Notes: generated by a model not told the origin, from the sequence alone. A DNA stretch of 46,689 nt from Acutalibacteraceae bacterium (GCA_045578145.1 JAZNJT010000113.1:1-46689), one strand, 5' to 3'. Positions 24,653 to 34,532 are shown, counted from the stretch's first letter. Numbers and translations: made by a program.

Positions 24653-25621
24653 TCACATATTTTTGTTTTCTTCAAGTGCTTTTTGGCAAATATCTTCTAT
24701 ATCCTTTATAGAATTAATTGTTCCGCAGAGCTGTCTTAATTTTGCGGCACCTCTAAGACCTTGCAAATACCAAGCTGTATGCTTGCGTGATTCTAATATT
24801 GCGTTGTGTGGGTCTTTGTATTCCATCATCAAGCTTACTTGCTTCATGAGTAGGCTGAAACGCTCGTAGAGTGTGGGCGGGGCATAGCTTTCACCACGCA
24901 TATAAGCGTTTATTTCACTGAAAATAAAGGGATTACCTTGTGCGGCTCTGCCTACCATAACAAAGGCGCAGCCCGTTTTTTCATACATTTCAAGTGCTGA
25001 TTTACCGTCTTTAATATCGCCGTTTGCAACAACGGGAATGTTAACTGCATTTACAACATTTTTTATTGTTTTATAATCAATGCCTGGGGCATACATTTGA
25101 GTCTTTGTTCTGCCATGAACGGTTATCATCTTAGCACCCGCGTTTTCGGCCCGTTTTGCTAATTCCACAGCGTTAATATTATCCTTATCCCAACCCGTGC
25201 GAATTTTAACTGTAACGGGGATATCAACTGCGTTTACAACCGCCTTTATTATTTCTTCGGCAAGGGGCAGGTCTTTCATAAGCGCGCTGCCACCGCCGTT
25301 ACCCGAAACCTTAGGGGCAGGACAACCCATGTTAATATCAATAAAATCGGGTTTAAAGGCTAAAGCGCATTTTGCGGCATCTGCCATTATTTCGGCATTA
25401 TTTCCGAAAAGCTGTGAGGCGATAGGTCGTTCCTTTTCACTGCAAGCAAGTAAGGCGGCGGATTTTTTATCACCCAATGTAACACCTCTCGAGCTTGTCA
25501 GCTCTCCAACACAAAAGGCGGCACCTTTTTTCATACATATTTCCCGCATAGCTCGGTCAGCAACGCCTGCCATGGGGGCGAGAGCGGCAAAGCCGTTAAT
25601 TTCTAAGTTTCCTATATTCAT
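24653..25621 (-). CDS. dusB: tRNA-dihydrouridine synthase
   Basis: Motifs present are LAPMAGVADRAMR, DINMGCP and TVHGRT. The size is 322 aa. Confidence 0.85.
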   Translation of the reverse strand: MNIGNLEINGFAALAPMAGVADRAMREICMKKGAAFCVGELTSSRGVTLGDKKSAALLACSEKERPIASQLFGNNAEIMADAAKCALAFKPDFIDINMGCPAPKVSGNGGGSALMKDLPLAEEIIKAVVNAVDIPVTVKIRTGWDKDNINAVELAKRAENAGAKMITVHGRTKTQMYAPGIDYKTIKNVVNAVNIPVVANGDIKDGKSALEMYEKTGCAFVMVGRAAQGNPFIFSEINAYMRGESYAPPTLYERFSLLMKQVSLMMEYKDPHNAILESRKHTAWYLQGLRGAAKLRQLCGTINSIKDIEDICQKALEENKNM

Positions 25622-25661
25622 AAAAATATTATACCTTATATAATAATAACTGTCAAATATT

Positions 25662-25685
25662 AAAACCGCCCTTTTGGGCGGTTTT
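25662..25685 (-). terminator. Intrinsic terminator ending the ior-paaK-ACT operon
   Basis: AAAACCGCCC-tttt-GGGCGGTTTT. On the minus strand a T-rich tract follows. Confidence 0.8.
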
Positions 25686-25688
25686 AAA

Positions 25689-26120
25689 TTATAATTTCAG
25701 AACATCTGCATCGGTAATTAGGTGAAAACCTGCGTTTTCGAGAGCGGTTTCTGCTTTTCTGTTATCTTCGACACGAAGCACAACATAAGCGTGTTTTTCG
25801 GTACGTGCCATAAAAGCGTATAGATATTCGAGATTGATATGCTCGTCGTCTAAAACCTTTAAAGCGGTAGAAAGTTTACCAGGTGCATCGCCGATTTTAA
25901 TACCTACGACCTCGGTAGTTTTAACAAGGTATCCGTGCTCTTCTAAGGTTTTAATACCAAGTTCATTATCGTTTACTATAAGACGCAAAATACCAAAATC
26001 CTTAGTATCTGCAATAGAAAGCGCGCGCATATCAACGTGATTTTTGGCTAGAGCTTCTGTAATATCAACCATAGCACCTTGCTTGTTTTCTACAAAAACT
26101 GTCAACTGTTTTAATGACAT
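25689..26120 (-). CDS. ACT-domain (amino-acid-binding) protein
   Basis: A 143-aa protein of two ACT-like halves (LTVFVENKQGAM... and GIKIGDAPGKLS...). It is a typical companion of paaK in anaerobes. Confidence 0.7.
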   Translation of the reverse strand: MSLKQLTVFVENKQGAMVDITEALAKNHVDMRALSIADTKDFGILRLIVNDNELGIKTLEEHGYLVKTTEVVGIKIGDAPGKLSTALKVLDDEHINLEYLYAFMARTEKHAYVVLRVEDNRKAETALENAGFHLITDADVLKL

Positions 26121-26132
26121 AACTAATCCTCC

Positions 26133-27440
26133 TTAGTAAAGCTTACGCTTATCAACAACGCGGACTGCCTTACCCTCACTACGAGCAATACTCTTAGGTG
26201 GTACTAAGTGTACGGCAGGGTTAATGCCGAGCATGGTTTTCATAGCGCCTTCAAGCGACTTTTCGAGACTTGTGATTCCGCTCACGGTATCTGTAAACTG
26301 TTCGGGATTCATTTCTACATTGATATCAAAGGTATCGTTATTGTTTTTGCGGTCAACAATAATCTGATAGTTAGGCTGATAGCCCTCGTTTAAAAGCACA
26401 GTTTCAATCTGACTCGGGAATACATTTACTCCGCGTATGATAAGCATATCATCGCTTCTGCCCATCGGTTTGCACATTTTAATAAATGTACGCCCGCAAG
26501 AACATTTTTCGCGCTTTAAAATACAAATATCTCTTGTTCTGTAGCGCAAGAGAGGGAAAGCCTCTTTATCAAGGGCAGTGAAAACAAGCTCACCTTTACT
26601 ACCCTCTGGCAAGACTTCTTCTGTTTCGGGGTCAATAATTTCTGCTAAGAAATGGTCCTCGTTAATATGCATACCTGTTTGTTCTTCACATTCAAACGAA
26701 ACGCCAGGACCTGAGGTTTCGGTAAGACCGTAAATATCATAAGCCTTAATACCCAGTGCTTTTTCAATGCCTTTACGCATTTCCTCTGTCCAAGCCTCTG
26801 CGCCGAAGATACCTGCTTTTAAGGATAAATCTTCGGGCTTTATACCCTTTTCCTTAATATATTCGCCGATATATGCTGCATAAGATGGGGTGCAGCAAAT
26901 AATTGTAGCATTAAGGTCGGTCATAAATTGTACCTGACGCTCAGTGTTACCTGATGACATAGGCAGTGTGAGACAACCTACTTTATGTGAACCACCGTTA
27001 AGGCCTGAGCCGCCTGTAAATAGACCATAGCCGTATGCTACCTGACAAACATCTTCTTCGCTACCGCCTGCCGCTACAATTGCGCGAGCGCAACAGTCTT
27101 CCCACAAATCAACATCGTGCTGTGTATAAAATGCAACAACGCGTTTGCCTGTAGTGCCTGAGGTTGAATGTATTCTCACACAGTCTTTAAGGGGTTTGCC
27201 AAGCAGTCCGTAAGGATAAGCCTCTCTCAAATCGCTTTTTGTTAAAAAGGGAAGCAGATGCAGGTCGTCAATACCCTTGATATCTTCTGGCTTTACTCCC
27301 TTTTTATCCATAAGGTTGCGGTAATAAGGCACATTTTCGTAAACGTGCTTAACCTGTTTTACTAACTTTTCCGATTGAAGTTTTTTAATATCTTCAACAG
27401 GCATTGTTTCCATTTCTTTTTGAAAATAGCGTTTTTCCAT
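26133..27440 (-). CDS. paaK: Phenylacetate--CoA ligase (arylacetate-CoA ligase)
   Basis: The AMP-binding motif is IHSTSGTTGKRVV. The N-terminus MPVEDIKKLQSEKLVKQVKHVYENVPYYR and the C-terminal PaaK pattern are present. The size is 435 aa. Confidence 0.85.
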   Translation of the reverse strand: MEKRYFQKEMETMPVEDIKKLQSEKLVKQVKHVYENVPYYRNLMDKKGVKPEDIKGIDDLHLLPFLTKSDLREAYPYGLLGKPLKDCVRIHSTSGTTGKRVVAFYTQHDVDLWEDCCARAIVAAGGSEEDVCQVAYGYGLFTGGSGLNGGSHKVGCLTLPMSSGNTERQVQFMTDLNATIICCTPSYAAYIGEYIKEKGIKPEDLSLKAGIFGAEAWTEEMRKGIEKALGIKAYDIYGLTETSGPGVSFECEEQTGMHINEDHFLAEIIDPETEEVLPEGSKGELVFTALDKEAFPLLRYRTRDICILKREKCSCGRTFIKMCKPMGRSDDMLIIRGVNVFPSQIETVLLNEGYQPNYQIIVDRKNNNDTFDINVEMNPEQFTDTVSGITSLEKSLEGAMKTMLGINPAVHLVPPKSIARSEGKAVRVVDKRKLY

Positions 27441-27462
27441 ATTTTCGCCTTCTTAAAATAAA

Positions 27463-28035
27463 TTACAAATTGTAGCCAAGTTCAAAAGCTATTTTGTTCA
27501 TTTCTATAAATTTTGGATTAACTGTTTTTTCAATGGCAGAAATCCAATTTTCGTAAGGAATATCAAAATATTTAGCTGCTCTGCCCATAAGTACAATGTT
27601 AACGGCCTTTGCCGAGCCTGCTTTGGTTGCAGGGGTCAAAGCATCAAAATCTTCTACGTTAAGATCTTTTGCCTTTAATTCCTCTAATACATCTGTGGGG
27701 TATTCTGCCGCACCGATTATTACGGGCATAGGGTCAATTTCCTGTGTGTTAACAATAATTCTACCGTCTTTTTTAAGGTAAGGCGCATATCTTGCCGCCT
27801 CTAACTTTTCAAATGAAATAATGAAGTCTGCTTCACCCTCTGTCACAATGGGAGAATAAACCTTTTCGCCAAAACGCACATAGGTTACAACAGAGCCTCC
27901 GCGCTGACTCATGCCATGAACTTCGCTCACCTTTACGTCGTATCCCTCGTCAACTAAAAGTCTGCCGAGTAGCTTAGAGGCTAAAAGACTTCCTTGTCCG
28001 CCAACACCTACTATCATAATACTTGTGGTTTTCAT
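27463..28035 (-). CDS. iorB: Indolepyruvate:ferredoxin oxidoreductase beta subunit
   Basis: A 190-aa protein with IMIVGVGGQGSLLASKLLG and MSQRGGSV motifs. It is coupled to iorA. Confidence 0.85.
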   Translation of the reverse strand: MKTTSIMIVGVGGQGSLLASKLLGRLLVDEGYDVKVSEVHGMSQRGGSVVTYVRFGEKVYSPIVTEGEADFIISFEKLEAARYAPYLKKDGRIIVNTQEIDPMPVIIGAAEYPTDVLEELKAKDLNVEDFDALTPATKAGSAKAVNIVLMGRAAKYFDIPYENWISAIEKTVNPKFIEMNKIAFELGYNL

Positions 28036-29765
28036 TAGTCCTTACCTCCTATTGCTCCAAATGCGCAAAGCTGTTCGCAAACGCCGCAGCCTACGCAAAG
28101 CGTAGCGTCAATTCTTGCCTTGCCGTCTTTCATACTAATAGCAGGACAACCCATTGTCATACACTTTTTGCAGGATTTACATTTATCATTATCAACTGTA
28201 AGAGCGGGTTTTGCTTTAACGCTCTTAAGAAGAACACAGGGTCTGCGTGAAATAATTACAGAAGGTTCGTCTACAGCCAATTCTTCTTTAACTGCAATCT
28301 CGCAAGCCTTCAAGTCATAAGGGTCAACAACTCTAACACGGTTAAAACCTAATGCCTTACAAAGTGCTTCTAAATCAATTTTAGTAGCGGGGTCGCCCTT
28401 TATGTTGTAGCCGGTTGTGGGGTTTTGCTGATGTCCTGTCATACCTGTGATTGAGTTATCAAGAATAATAACGGTTGAATTTGTAGCATTATATGAAATA
28501 TTTGCAAGACCTGTCATACCTGAATGCATAAAGGTCGAGTCACCGATAACTGCAACCGATTTACCCTCGGCATCACGTCTTGCGGCGTTAAAGCCGTGAA
28601 GACCCGAAATTGATGCACCCATACAAAGTGTAGAATCAAGCGCGTTAAGGGGAGGGACTGCACCTAAGGTGTAGCAACCGATATCACCAAGCACTGTAAT
28701 CTTATTTTTAGCAAGCACGTAATACATACCTCTATGCGGACAGCCTGCGCACATCATAGGCGGTCGGTTAGGGATTACACTGTCAGCCGAAACAGAGAAG
28801 TTCTGTTCCTTGCCAAAAGCAGTAGAAATTGTTTTTTGCGAGAACTCACCTAAAATCGAGAAAAGTTCTTTGCCAACAACCTCGATACCCAAGGCTTTTA
28901 CGTGATTTTCAATAATCGGGTCTAATTCTTCAATAACGTAAAGCTTCTTAACTTTAGAGGCGAAATCTTTAATTGTTTTTACAGGCAAGGGATTAGGCAT
29001 ACCGATTTTAAGTATACTCACACTGTCACCCAAAGCCTCTTTAACATAAAGATAAGAACAACCCGAGGTAATAATACCTATTTCATCAGAGTTCATTTCT
29101 ACAGTATTGTAAATGCAGTTTTCTGCATATTCTGTGAGAGCTTTTGTTCGGTCTTCTACAATGGGGTGGCGCTTAATAGCGTTACCTGGCATCATAATAT
29201 ATTTCTGAGGATTTTTTTCATAGTCCTTTAAAACAGCGGGGATTTTTTCACTGCGCTCCACAATAGATTGTGAGTGAGCTATTCTTGTGCACATACGTAA
29301 AAGCACAGGCGTGTCGAATTTTTCAGAAAGTTCAAACGCAGTTTTTGCAAAAAGATAAGCTTCAGCAGAGTCGGAAGGCTCAAGCATAGGGATTTTAGAT
29401 GCTATTGCATAGTGTCTTGAATCCTGTTCATTCTGCGAGGAGTGCATTGCAGGATCGTCTGCTACACAGATAACCATACCACCGTTAACACCTGTGTAAG
29501 AAAGGGTGAAAAGAGGGTCTGCCGCAACATTGAGTCCCACGTGTTTCATAGCGCAAGCAGAACGTGCGCCTGCAAGCGAAGCACCGAAAGACACCTCACA
29601 GGCAACCTTTTCGTTTGGTGCCCATTCGCTGTGGATATCATCATATTTAGATAAAAATTCAGTAATTTCAGTTGAGGGTGTGCCGGGGTAGCTTGAAACT
29701 AATCCTAAACCGCCGTCATAAAGACCTGCGGCTACAGCCTCGTTACCAATCATTAATTTCTTCAT
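28035..29765 (-). CDS. iorA: Indolepyruvate:ferredoxin oxidoreductase alpha subunit
   Basis: The TPP-binding motif GDSTFMHSG is present. Two [4Fe-4S] motifs, CKSCKKCMTMGCP and CVGCGVCEQLC, lie at the C-terminus. Confidence 0.9.
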   Translation of the reverse strand: MKKLMIGNEAVAAGLYDGGLGLVSSYPGTPSTEITEFLSKYDDIHSEWAPNEKVACEVSFGASLAGARSACAMKHVGLNVAADPLFTLSYTGVNGGMVICVADDPAMHSSQNEQDSRHYAIASKIPMLEPSDSAEAYLFAKTAFELSEKFDTPVLLRMCTRIAHSQSIVERSEKIPAVLKDYEKNPQKYIMMPGNAIKRHPIVEDRTKALTEYAENCIYNTVEMNSDEIGIITSGCSYLYVKEALGDSVSILKIGMPNPLPVKTIKDFASKVKKLYVIEELDPIIENHVKALGIEVVGKELFSILGEFSQKTISTAFGKEQNFSVSADSVIPNRPPMMCAGCPHRGMYYVLAKNKITVLGDIGCYTLGAVPPLNALDSTLCMGASISGLHGFNAARRDAEGKSVAVIGDSTFMHSGMTGLANISYNATNSTVIILDNSITGMTGHQQNPTTGYNIKGDPATKIDLEALCKALGFNRVRVVDPYDLKACEIAVKEELAVDEPSVIISRRPCVLLKSVKAKPALTVDNDKCKSCKKCMTMGCPAISMKDGKARIDATLCVGCGVCEQLCAFGAIGGKD

Positions 29766-29775
29766 AATTTCACTC

Positions 29776-31413
29776 CTATGATTTATTCTGTGAATCTACA
29801 AGACCGTCTGCACCGTAGATTTTGCGAAGCTTTGGTTTTTCTATTTTGCCTGTAGGGTTTCTCGGAATGTCGGCAAAAATAACCTTGCGAGGTCTTTTGT
29901 ATCTTGGCAGAGCAAGACAAAATTCGTTAATCTCTTCCTCGGTACAGCTCATATCGGGCTTAACCTCGATAATGGCGGCGGCAATTTCGCCGAGTCTTTG
30001 GTCAGGAAGACCGATAACCGCAACGTCTTTAACCTTAGGACAAGCCGCAATAAAGTTTTCTATTTGCACAGGGTAAAGGTTTTCACCGCCTGTTATAATA
30101 ACATCTTTTTTGCGGTCAACAAGGTAAACAAAGCCGTCCTCATCCATTGTTGCCATATCGCCAGTGTAAAGCCAACCGTCCTTAATTGTATCAGCGGTTG
30201 ATTTTTCGTCATTATAATAACATACCATAACACCTGGGCCTTTGAGTATTAACTCACCAACCTCACCCTGTGCTACTTCCTTGCCGTCGGGTGATACAAT
30301 TTTGATTTTCCAACCATAGCCTGCAACACCTATAGCACCGACTTTATGTACGTTTTCAACGCCCAAGTGAACAGCGCCAGGGCCTATTGATTCTGAAAGA
30401 CCGTAGTTTGTATCATACTGTTGGTCAGGGAAATATTCAAGCCAACGCTTTATAAGACTTTGGGGTACGGGCTGTGCGCCGATATGCATAAGTCGCCATT
30501 GTTTAAGATTAAAGTCTTCTAATTTAAGCTCGCCTCTGTCAAGAGCATCCAGTATATCCTGTGCCCAAGGAACTAAAAGCCAAACTATAGTGCATTTTTC
30601 CTCGCTTGCGGCGGTTAAAATGTTTTTAGACTGTGTACCCTTTAAAATTACCGCTTTAGAGCCTGTAATAAGACTGCCGAACCAGTGCATTTTAGCGCCT
30701 GTGTGATATAAAGGCGGAATACAAAGGAAACAGTCGTCTTTAGTTTGAGAGTGGTGCGCCTGTTCAACTCTGCAAGAGTGAATAAGACTTCTGTGTTTAT
30801 GTAAAATAGCCTTTGGAAAGCCTGTTGTACCTGATGAGAAATAAATTGCCGCGTCGTCCTCCTCGCTTAAGGTACATTCGGGGAATATACCTGAGCATTC
30901 GCTTGTCAGATCGTTAAAATCATCTGCAAATGCAGGACAGCCCGTGCCTAAATAAATAAGCATTCTGTTACGGCTTATTTTATGTGCGATAGATTCTACT
31001 CTGCCTATAAATTCAGGACCAAAGATGAGCACATCAGCTTCTGCAAGGGATAAGCAGTAGTCGATTTCATCTGAAGAATAACGGAAATTAAGCGGAACTG
31101 CAAGTGCGCCGGTTTTTAAAATACCAAAATAAATTGGTAACCAATCAATGCAGTTCATAAGCAAAATAGCAACTTTTTTGCCTTTGCCTATACCGTTGGC
31201 TTTAAGCATATTTGCAAGTCTGTTTGCTTTTTCGTTAAAAACACCCCAGGTAATTTCTCGTCTATAATGAGAAACTCTGTGGGTGGGTTCTACAAGCTCA
31301 AATTCGCGCCAGGTCTGTTTTCGGGTTTCGGGTTGGTCAGGGTTGATTTCCACCAGCGCCGTGTCATCACAAAACTCTTTGGCATTTCGTTCCAATAGGT
31401 CAACAATAGTCAT
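29776..31413 (-). CDS. AMP-dependent acyl-CoA synthetase/ligase (class I adenylate-forming enzyme; substrate unknown)
   Basis: Motifs present are YFSSGTTGFPKA, YGLSE, YTGD and the C-terminal GKIEKPKLR. Confidence 0.8.
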   Translation of the reverse strand: MTIVDLLERNAKEFCDDTALVEINPDQPETRKQTWREFELVEPTHRVSHYRREITWGVFNEKANRLANMLKANGIGKGKKVAILLMNCIDWLPIYFGILKTGALAVPLNFRYSSDEIDYCLSLAEADVLIFGPEFIGRVESIAHKISRNRMLIYLGTGCPAFADDFNDLTSECSGIFPECTLSEEDDAAIYFSSGTTGFPKAILHKHRSLIHSCRVEQAHHSQTKDDCFLCIPPLYHTGAKMHWFGSLITGSKAVILKGTQSKNILTAASEEKCTIVWLLVPWAQDILDALDRGELKLEDFNLKQWRLMHIGAQPVPQSLIKRWLEYFPDQQYDTNYGLSESIGPGAVHLGVENVHKVGAIGVAGYGWKIKIVSPDGKEVAQGEVGELILKGPGVMVCYYNDEKSTADTIKDGWLYTGDMATMDEDGFVYLVDRKKDVIITGGENLYPVQIENFIAACPKVKDVAVIGLPDQRLGEIAAAIIEVKPDMSCTEEEINEFCLALPRYKRPRKVIFADIPRNPTGKIEKPKLRKIYGADGLVDSQNKS

Positions 31414-31449
31414 AAATACGTATCCTTTATACTTATATATAATACATAT

Positions 31450-31478
31450 ACTTTATCACTTTAAAGCGAATTTGTCAA
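31450..31478 (-). promoter_or_regulatory. Promoter of the ligase-iorAB-paaK-ACT operon (TTGACA, 17 nt spacer, TGa-TAAAGT)
   Basis: On the minus strand, TTGACA is the complement of 31473-31478 and TAAAGT is the complement of 31450-31455. Confidence 0.45.
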
Positions 31479-31506
31479 CCACTGTTTACTTATTATTTAA
31501 AAGTGA

Positions 31507-31535
31507 TTGACATTATCAAATTACGGTGCTATAAT
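31507..31535 (+). promoter_or_regulatory. Consensus sigma-A promoter (TTGACA, 17 nt spacer, TGc-TATAAT) of the antiporter gene
   Basis: TTGACA lies at 31507-31512 and TATAAT at 31530-31535, with an extended -10 TG at 31527-31528. Confidence 0.65.
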
Positions 31536-31565
31536 TACTGACGTTAATTTTGAGGAGATGTTAAT

Positions 31566-32858
31566 ATGAATGTTTTATTATCTGTGTCCATAGCATTACT
31601 TGCAGGATTAATAATGACAAGACTTTTCAAAAAATTAAAGCTGCCGTCTGTTACAGCTTACCTTATAGCGGGTGTACTTATAGGTCCTTATTGTTTAGGG
31701 GCTTTTGATATTAATGGTTTGGGATTTAATACTTCTTCCGATGTTGCAAAGCTTTCTCTTGTTTCTGAGGTGGCATTAGGCTTTATTGCCTTTTCAATCG
31801 GTAACGAATTCAGGCTCTCCGACCTTAAAAAAACAGGTAAGCAAGCACTTGTAATCGGAATCCTTCAGGCTTTAGCTGCAACGGTTATTGTTGATATAGC
31901 ACTCTATGCTGTTCATCTTGCAATACCTGATAAATTAACCTTGCCTCAGGTAATAACACTTGGCGCTATCGCAACCGCTACAGCGCCAGCCGCAACATTA
32001 ATGGTTGTACGTCAGTATAAGGCTAACGGACCGCTTACAAAGTTGTTGCTTCCTATAGTGGCTCTTGATGACGCAGTAGGTCTCATAGTTTTCGCTGTAT
32101 CCTTCGGTATTGCAAAAACACTTGTGAGCGGAACAGTTGATTTAGTTTCAATTTTAGTAAATCCTTTAGTTGAAATTGTGGCTTCCCTTATTTTAGGAGC
32201 TGTTATGGGTTGGGTTTTAACACAGCTCGAAAAACTTTTTAATTCAAATACAAACCGTTTAAATCTTACAATAGCGGCTGTGTTTCTCACGGCTTCGCTT
32301 TCTATGCTTGACTTTGAAATAGGAAGCGTACATATTGAATTCTCATCACTTCTTTCATGTATGATGTTGGGAACGGTATTCTGCAATATCTGTCCCCTTT
32401 CTCATGACCTTATGGCAGCATCTGATAAATGGACTTCACCTTTGTTTGCATTATTCTTTGTTATAAGCGGTGCAGAGTTGGAACTTGGTGTATTCCTTGA
32501 AATATCAATAGTTCTCATTGGTGTTGTATATATAGCTTCAAGATGTCTCGGTAAATATTCGGGAACATTCGTGAGCGCTAAAATCACAGGGTGCGACAAC
32601 AATATTTGCAAATATCTTGGCATTACCTTATTCCCACAAGCAGGTGTAGCGCTTGGAATGTGTGCGACAGCCATGCAACTTGGCACACAAGGCGAATTAA
32701 TAAGAAACATAACCTTATTTGCGGTTCTTGTTTATGAAATTGTAGGCCCTCTGCTTACGCGTATGTCATTACAGGCTGCAGGCGAAATCAAGCCTATCTC
32801 AGATGAGGTTAAAATGCGAAGACAAACAAAGCTTAGCGAAGCTAAAAACAGAGAATAA
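31566..32858 (+). CDS. Cation:proton antiporter (CPA2 / Kef-type Na+/H+ exchanger family)
   Basis: A 430-aa protein with about 12 TM segments. The N-terminus LAGLIMTRLFKKLKLPSVTAYLIAGVLIGPYCLG is typical of the family. Confidence 0.8.
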   Translation: MNVLLSVSIALLAGLIMTRLFKKLKLPSVTAYLIAGVLIGPYCLGAFDINGLGFNTSSDVAKLSLVSEVALGFIAFSIGNEFRLSDLKKTGKQALVIGILQALAATVIVDIALYAVHLAIPDKLTLPQVITLGAIATATAPAATLMVVRQYKANGPLTKLLLPIVALDDAVGLIVFAVSFGIAKTLVSGTVDLVSILVNPLVEIVASLILGAVMGWVLTQLEKLFNSNTNRLNLTIAAVFLTASLSMLDFEIGSVHIEFSSLLSCMMLGTVFCNICPLSHDLMAASDKWTSPLFALFFVISGAELELGVFLEISIVLIGVVYIASRCLGKYSGTFVSAKITGCDNNICKYLGITLFPQAGVALGMCATAMQLGTQGELIRNITLFAVLVYEIVGPLLTRMSLQAAGEIKPISDEVKMRRQTKLSEAKNRE

Positions 32859-32862
32859 AATT

Positions 32863-32897
32863 AAGAGCAAACTCATTTTTGAGTTTGCTCTTTTTTT
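32863..32897. terminator. Bidirectional intrinsic terminator between the antiporter gene and spo0A
   Basis: AAGAGCAAACTC-attttt-GAGTTTGCTCTT followed by TTTTT. Confidence 0.85.
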
Positions 32898-33672
32898 AGC
32901 TGATTTTTAATTTTAGCCGTAGTTTATCACTTATCATTGCTATGAATTCACTGTTTGTCGGTTTTCCGCGATCGTTTTGAATTGTATATCCGAAATAAGA
33001 GTTCAGCACATCAATATCACCTCTGTCCCACGCCACTTCTATTGCATGTCTTATGGCACGTTCTACTCTGGAGGCTGTAGTGCCGTGGGTTTTAGCAACC
33101 GTTGGATATAAAAGTTTGGTTACAGAATTTACAATATCACTGTTTTTAACTGATAAAATAATAGCTTCGCGCAGATAATGATAGCCCTTGATATGTGCAG
33201 GAACTCCGATTTGATGTATTATTTCGGTAATCATCATTTCAAGCTGAGGGTCGGTAACAACATTGTTTTTAACAACAAGCGGAACTTTTTCATTTTTCCA
33301 TCCCGAAAGCTGAATAATTCGCTGTGCCATTGTATTAATGTCAAACGGTTTTAAGAAATAATAGTCCACTCCTGCACCGAGCAATTCCTTTTCAAGTCTC
33401 TGATTATCAAAGCTCGACATAGTCATTACCATAGGCTTTTCTTTTATTTCAAGTTCTTTAAGTGAGTTCAGAACTCCTAAAATATCAAGATTTGGCATAA
33501 ATACATCTGCTAAAATTATGTCAGGTTTTTCGGTTTTCACCTTTTTAAGTACAGCACGTCCGTCCTTTTCGCAAAGAACGACATTCATTCCGTATGCTGT
33601 GAAGGTTTTGGCACAGTTCTGCCCTATTTCTCCGCCTTCGTCAGCAATAACGATTTTTAGTTTCTTTTCCAT
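32896..33672 (-). CDS. spo0A: Sporulation master response regulator Spo0A
   Basis: The receiver domain contains [17 protein letters not shown] and LKPF. The Spo0A-specific effector domain contains [16 protein letters not shown] and [20 protein letters not shown]. Confidence 0.9.
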   Translation of the reverse strand: MEKKLKIVIADEGGEIGQNCAKTFTAYGMNVVLCEKDGRAVLKKVKTEKPDIILADVFMPNLDILGVLNSLKELEIKEKPMVMTMSSFDNQRLEKELLGAGVDYYFLKPFDINTMAQRIIQLSGWKNEKVPLVVKNNVVTDPQLEMMITEIIHQIGVPAHIKGYHYLREAIILSVKNSDIVNSVTKLLYPTVAKTHGTTASRVERAIRHAIEVAWDRGDIDVLNSYFGYTIQNDRGKPTNSEFIAMISDKLRLKLKIS

Positions 33673-33704
33673 TCATTTCTGCCTCCTGTAGTGTTTTCTT
33701 ACAT

Positions 33705-33733
33705 ATATTACCACAAGATATCGGCAAAAGCAA
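33705..33733 (-). promoter_or_regulatory. Candidate sigma-A promoter of spo0A (TTGCTT, 17 nt spacer, TGg-TAATAT)
   Basis: On the minus strand, TTGCTT is the complement of 33728-33733 and TAATAT is the complement of 33705-33710. Confidence 0.35.
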
Positions 33734-33828
33734 GCGAAATTCCAAAAAAACCACATAAACGACAAAACATTACAGCGATAATGGTAATTTATGGTTTTTA
33801 GATAATGCAATTTGTCAAAATCCGACAG

Positions 33829-34521
33829 TTATTTTAATGAATTAATTTCCCTTACAAAGAGATTTTGATTAGAAACAGTAAATTTTATGTTAAAATTTGA
33901 AAATTCGAAGCTATATATTCTTTGGGGGTCTTGCTGATAAGCAGGTCTTGGGTCTTCTGCTAATATTTCTGTAAGGGCTAAAAGTTTGTTAGTCGGTAAC
34001 TTCTCCTTTTCGCCTTCAGCAAAGGTTACATTAAGCCTATAATCGAAAACTCTGTCTGCGAAACCGCCGTTTGCATCGGGTTGGGAGTCGGCGTAAGGAA
34101 TATAGGGTTTAATGTCATAAATCGGAGTCGAGTCGAGTAGATCCACACCTGAAACCTCAATCACTGAACCGTGTGGTGTATCATAAACAACCCTTTCAAG
34201 CTTAACACAGGATAAGCCGATGGGATTCGGTCTGAACGGTGAACGGGTTGCGAAAACCCCTATTCGTTTATTTCCACCAAGTCTCGGAGGACGTACGGTG
34301 GGCGACCAACTGCTTTCTATGTTTTCGGAAAATCCCCATAGAAGCCATAAATGAGAGTATTCTTCAATACCTCTCAGTGCTTCGGGATTCCGATATTCTT
34401 TCTCGAAAATAACAGTTCCTTTAGCAGTCTTTACAAGTCCGCTTTGCCTTGGTATACCGAACTTAGTTGGGAAATCGGTTTTAATATGCGCTATTGTTTT
34501 TAAATTAATGTTATCTTTCAT
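33829..34521 (-). CDS. trmO: tRNA (m6t6A37) methyltransferase TrmO (TsaA/YaeB family)
   Basis: Motifs present are IAHIKTDFPTKFGIPRQSGLV and RSPFRPNPIGLS. The size is 230 aa. Confidence 0.85.
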   Translation of the reverse strand: MKDNINLKTIAHIKTDFPTKFGIPRQSGLVKTAKGTVIFEKEYRNPEALRGIEEYSHLWLLWGFSENIESSWSPTVRPPRLGGNKRIGVFATRSPFRPNPIGLSCVKLERVVYDTPHGSVIEVSGVDLLDSTPIYDIKPYIPYADSQPDANGGFADRVFDYRLNVTFAEGEKEKLPTNKLLALTEILAEDPRPAYQQDPQRIYSFEFSNFNIKFTVSNQNLFVREINSLK

Positions 34522-34532
34522 ATTGCACCTTC

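Noticed and set aside
33673-33828. Spo0A autoregulatory 0A boxes or a sigma-H promoter upstream of spo0A.
   Set aside because: Only weak matches are present (TGTCGGA and TGTCGTT, and no good RNAGGAWWW/GAAT pair). I could not support them beyond chance, so only a sigma-A-like promoter is listed, at low confidence.
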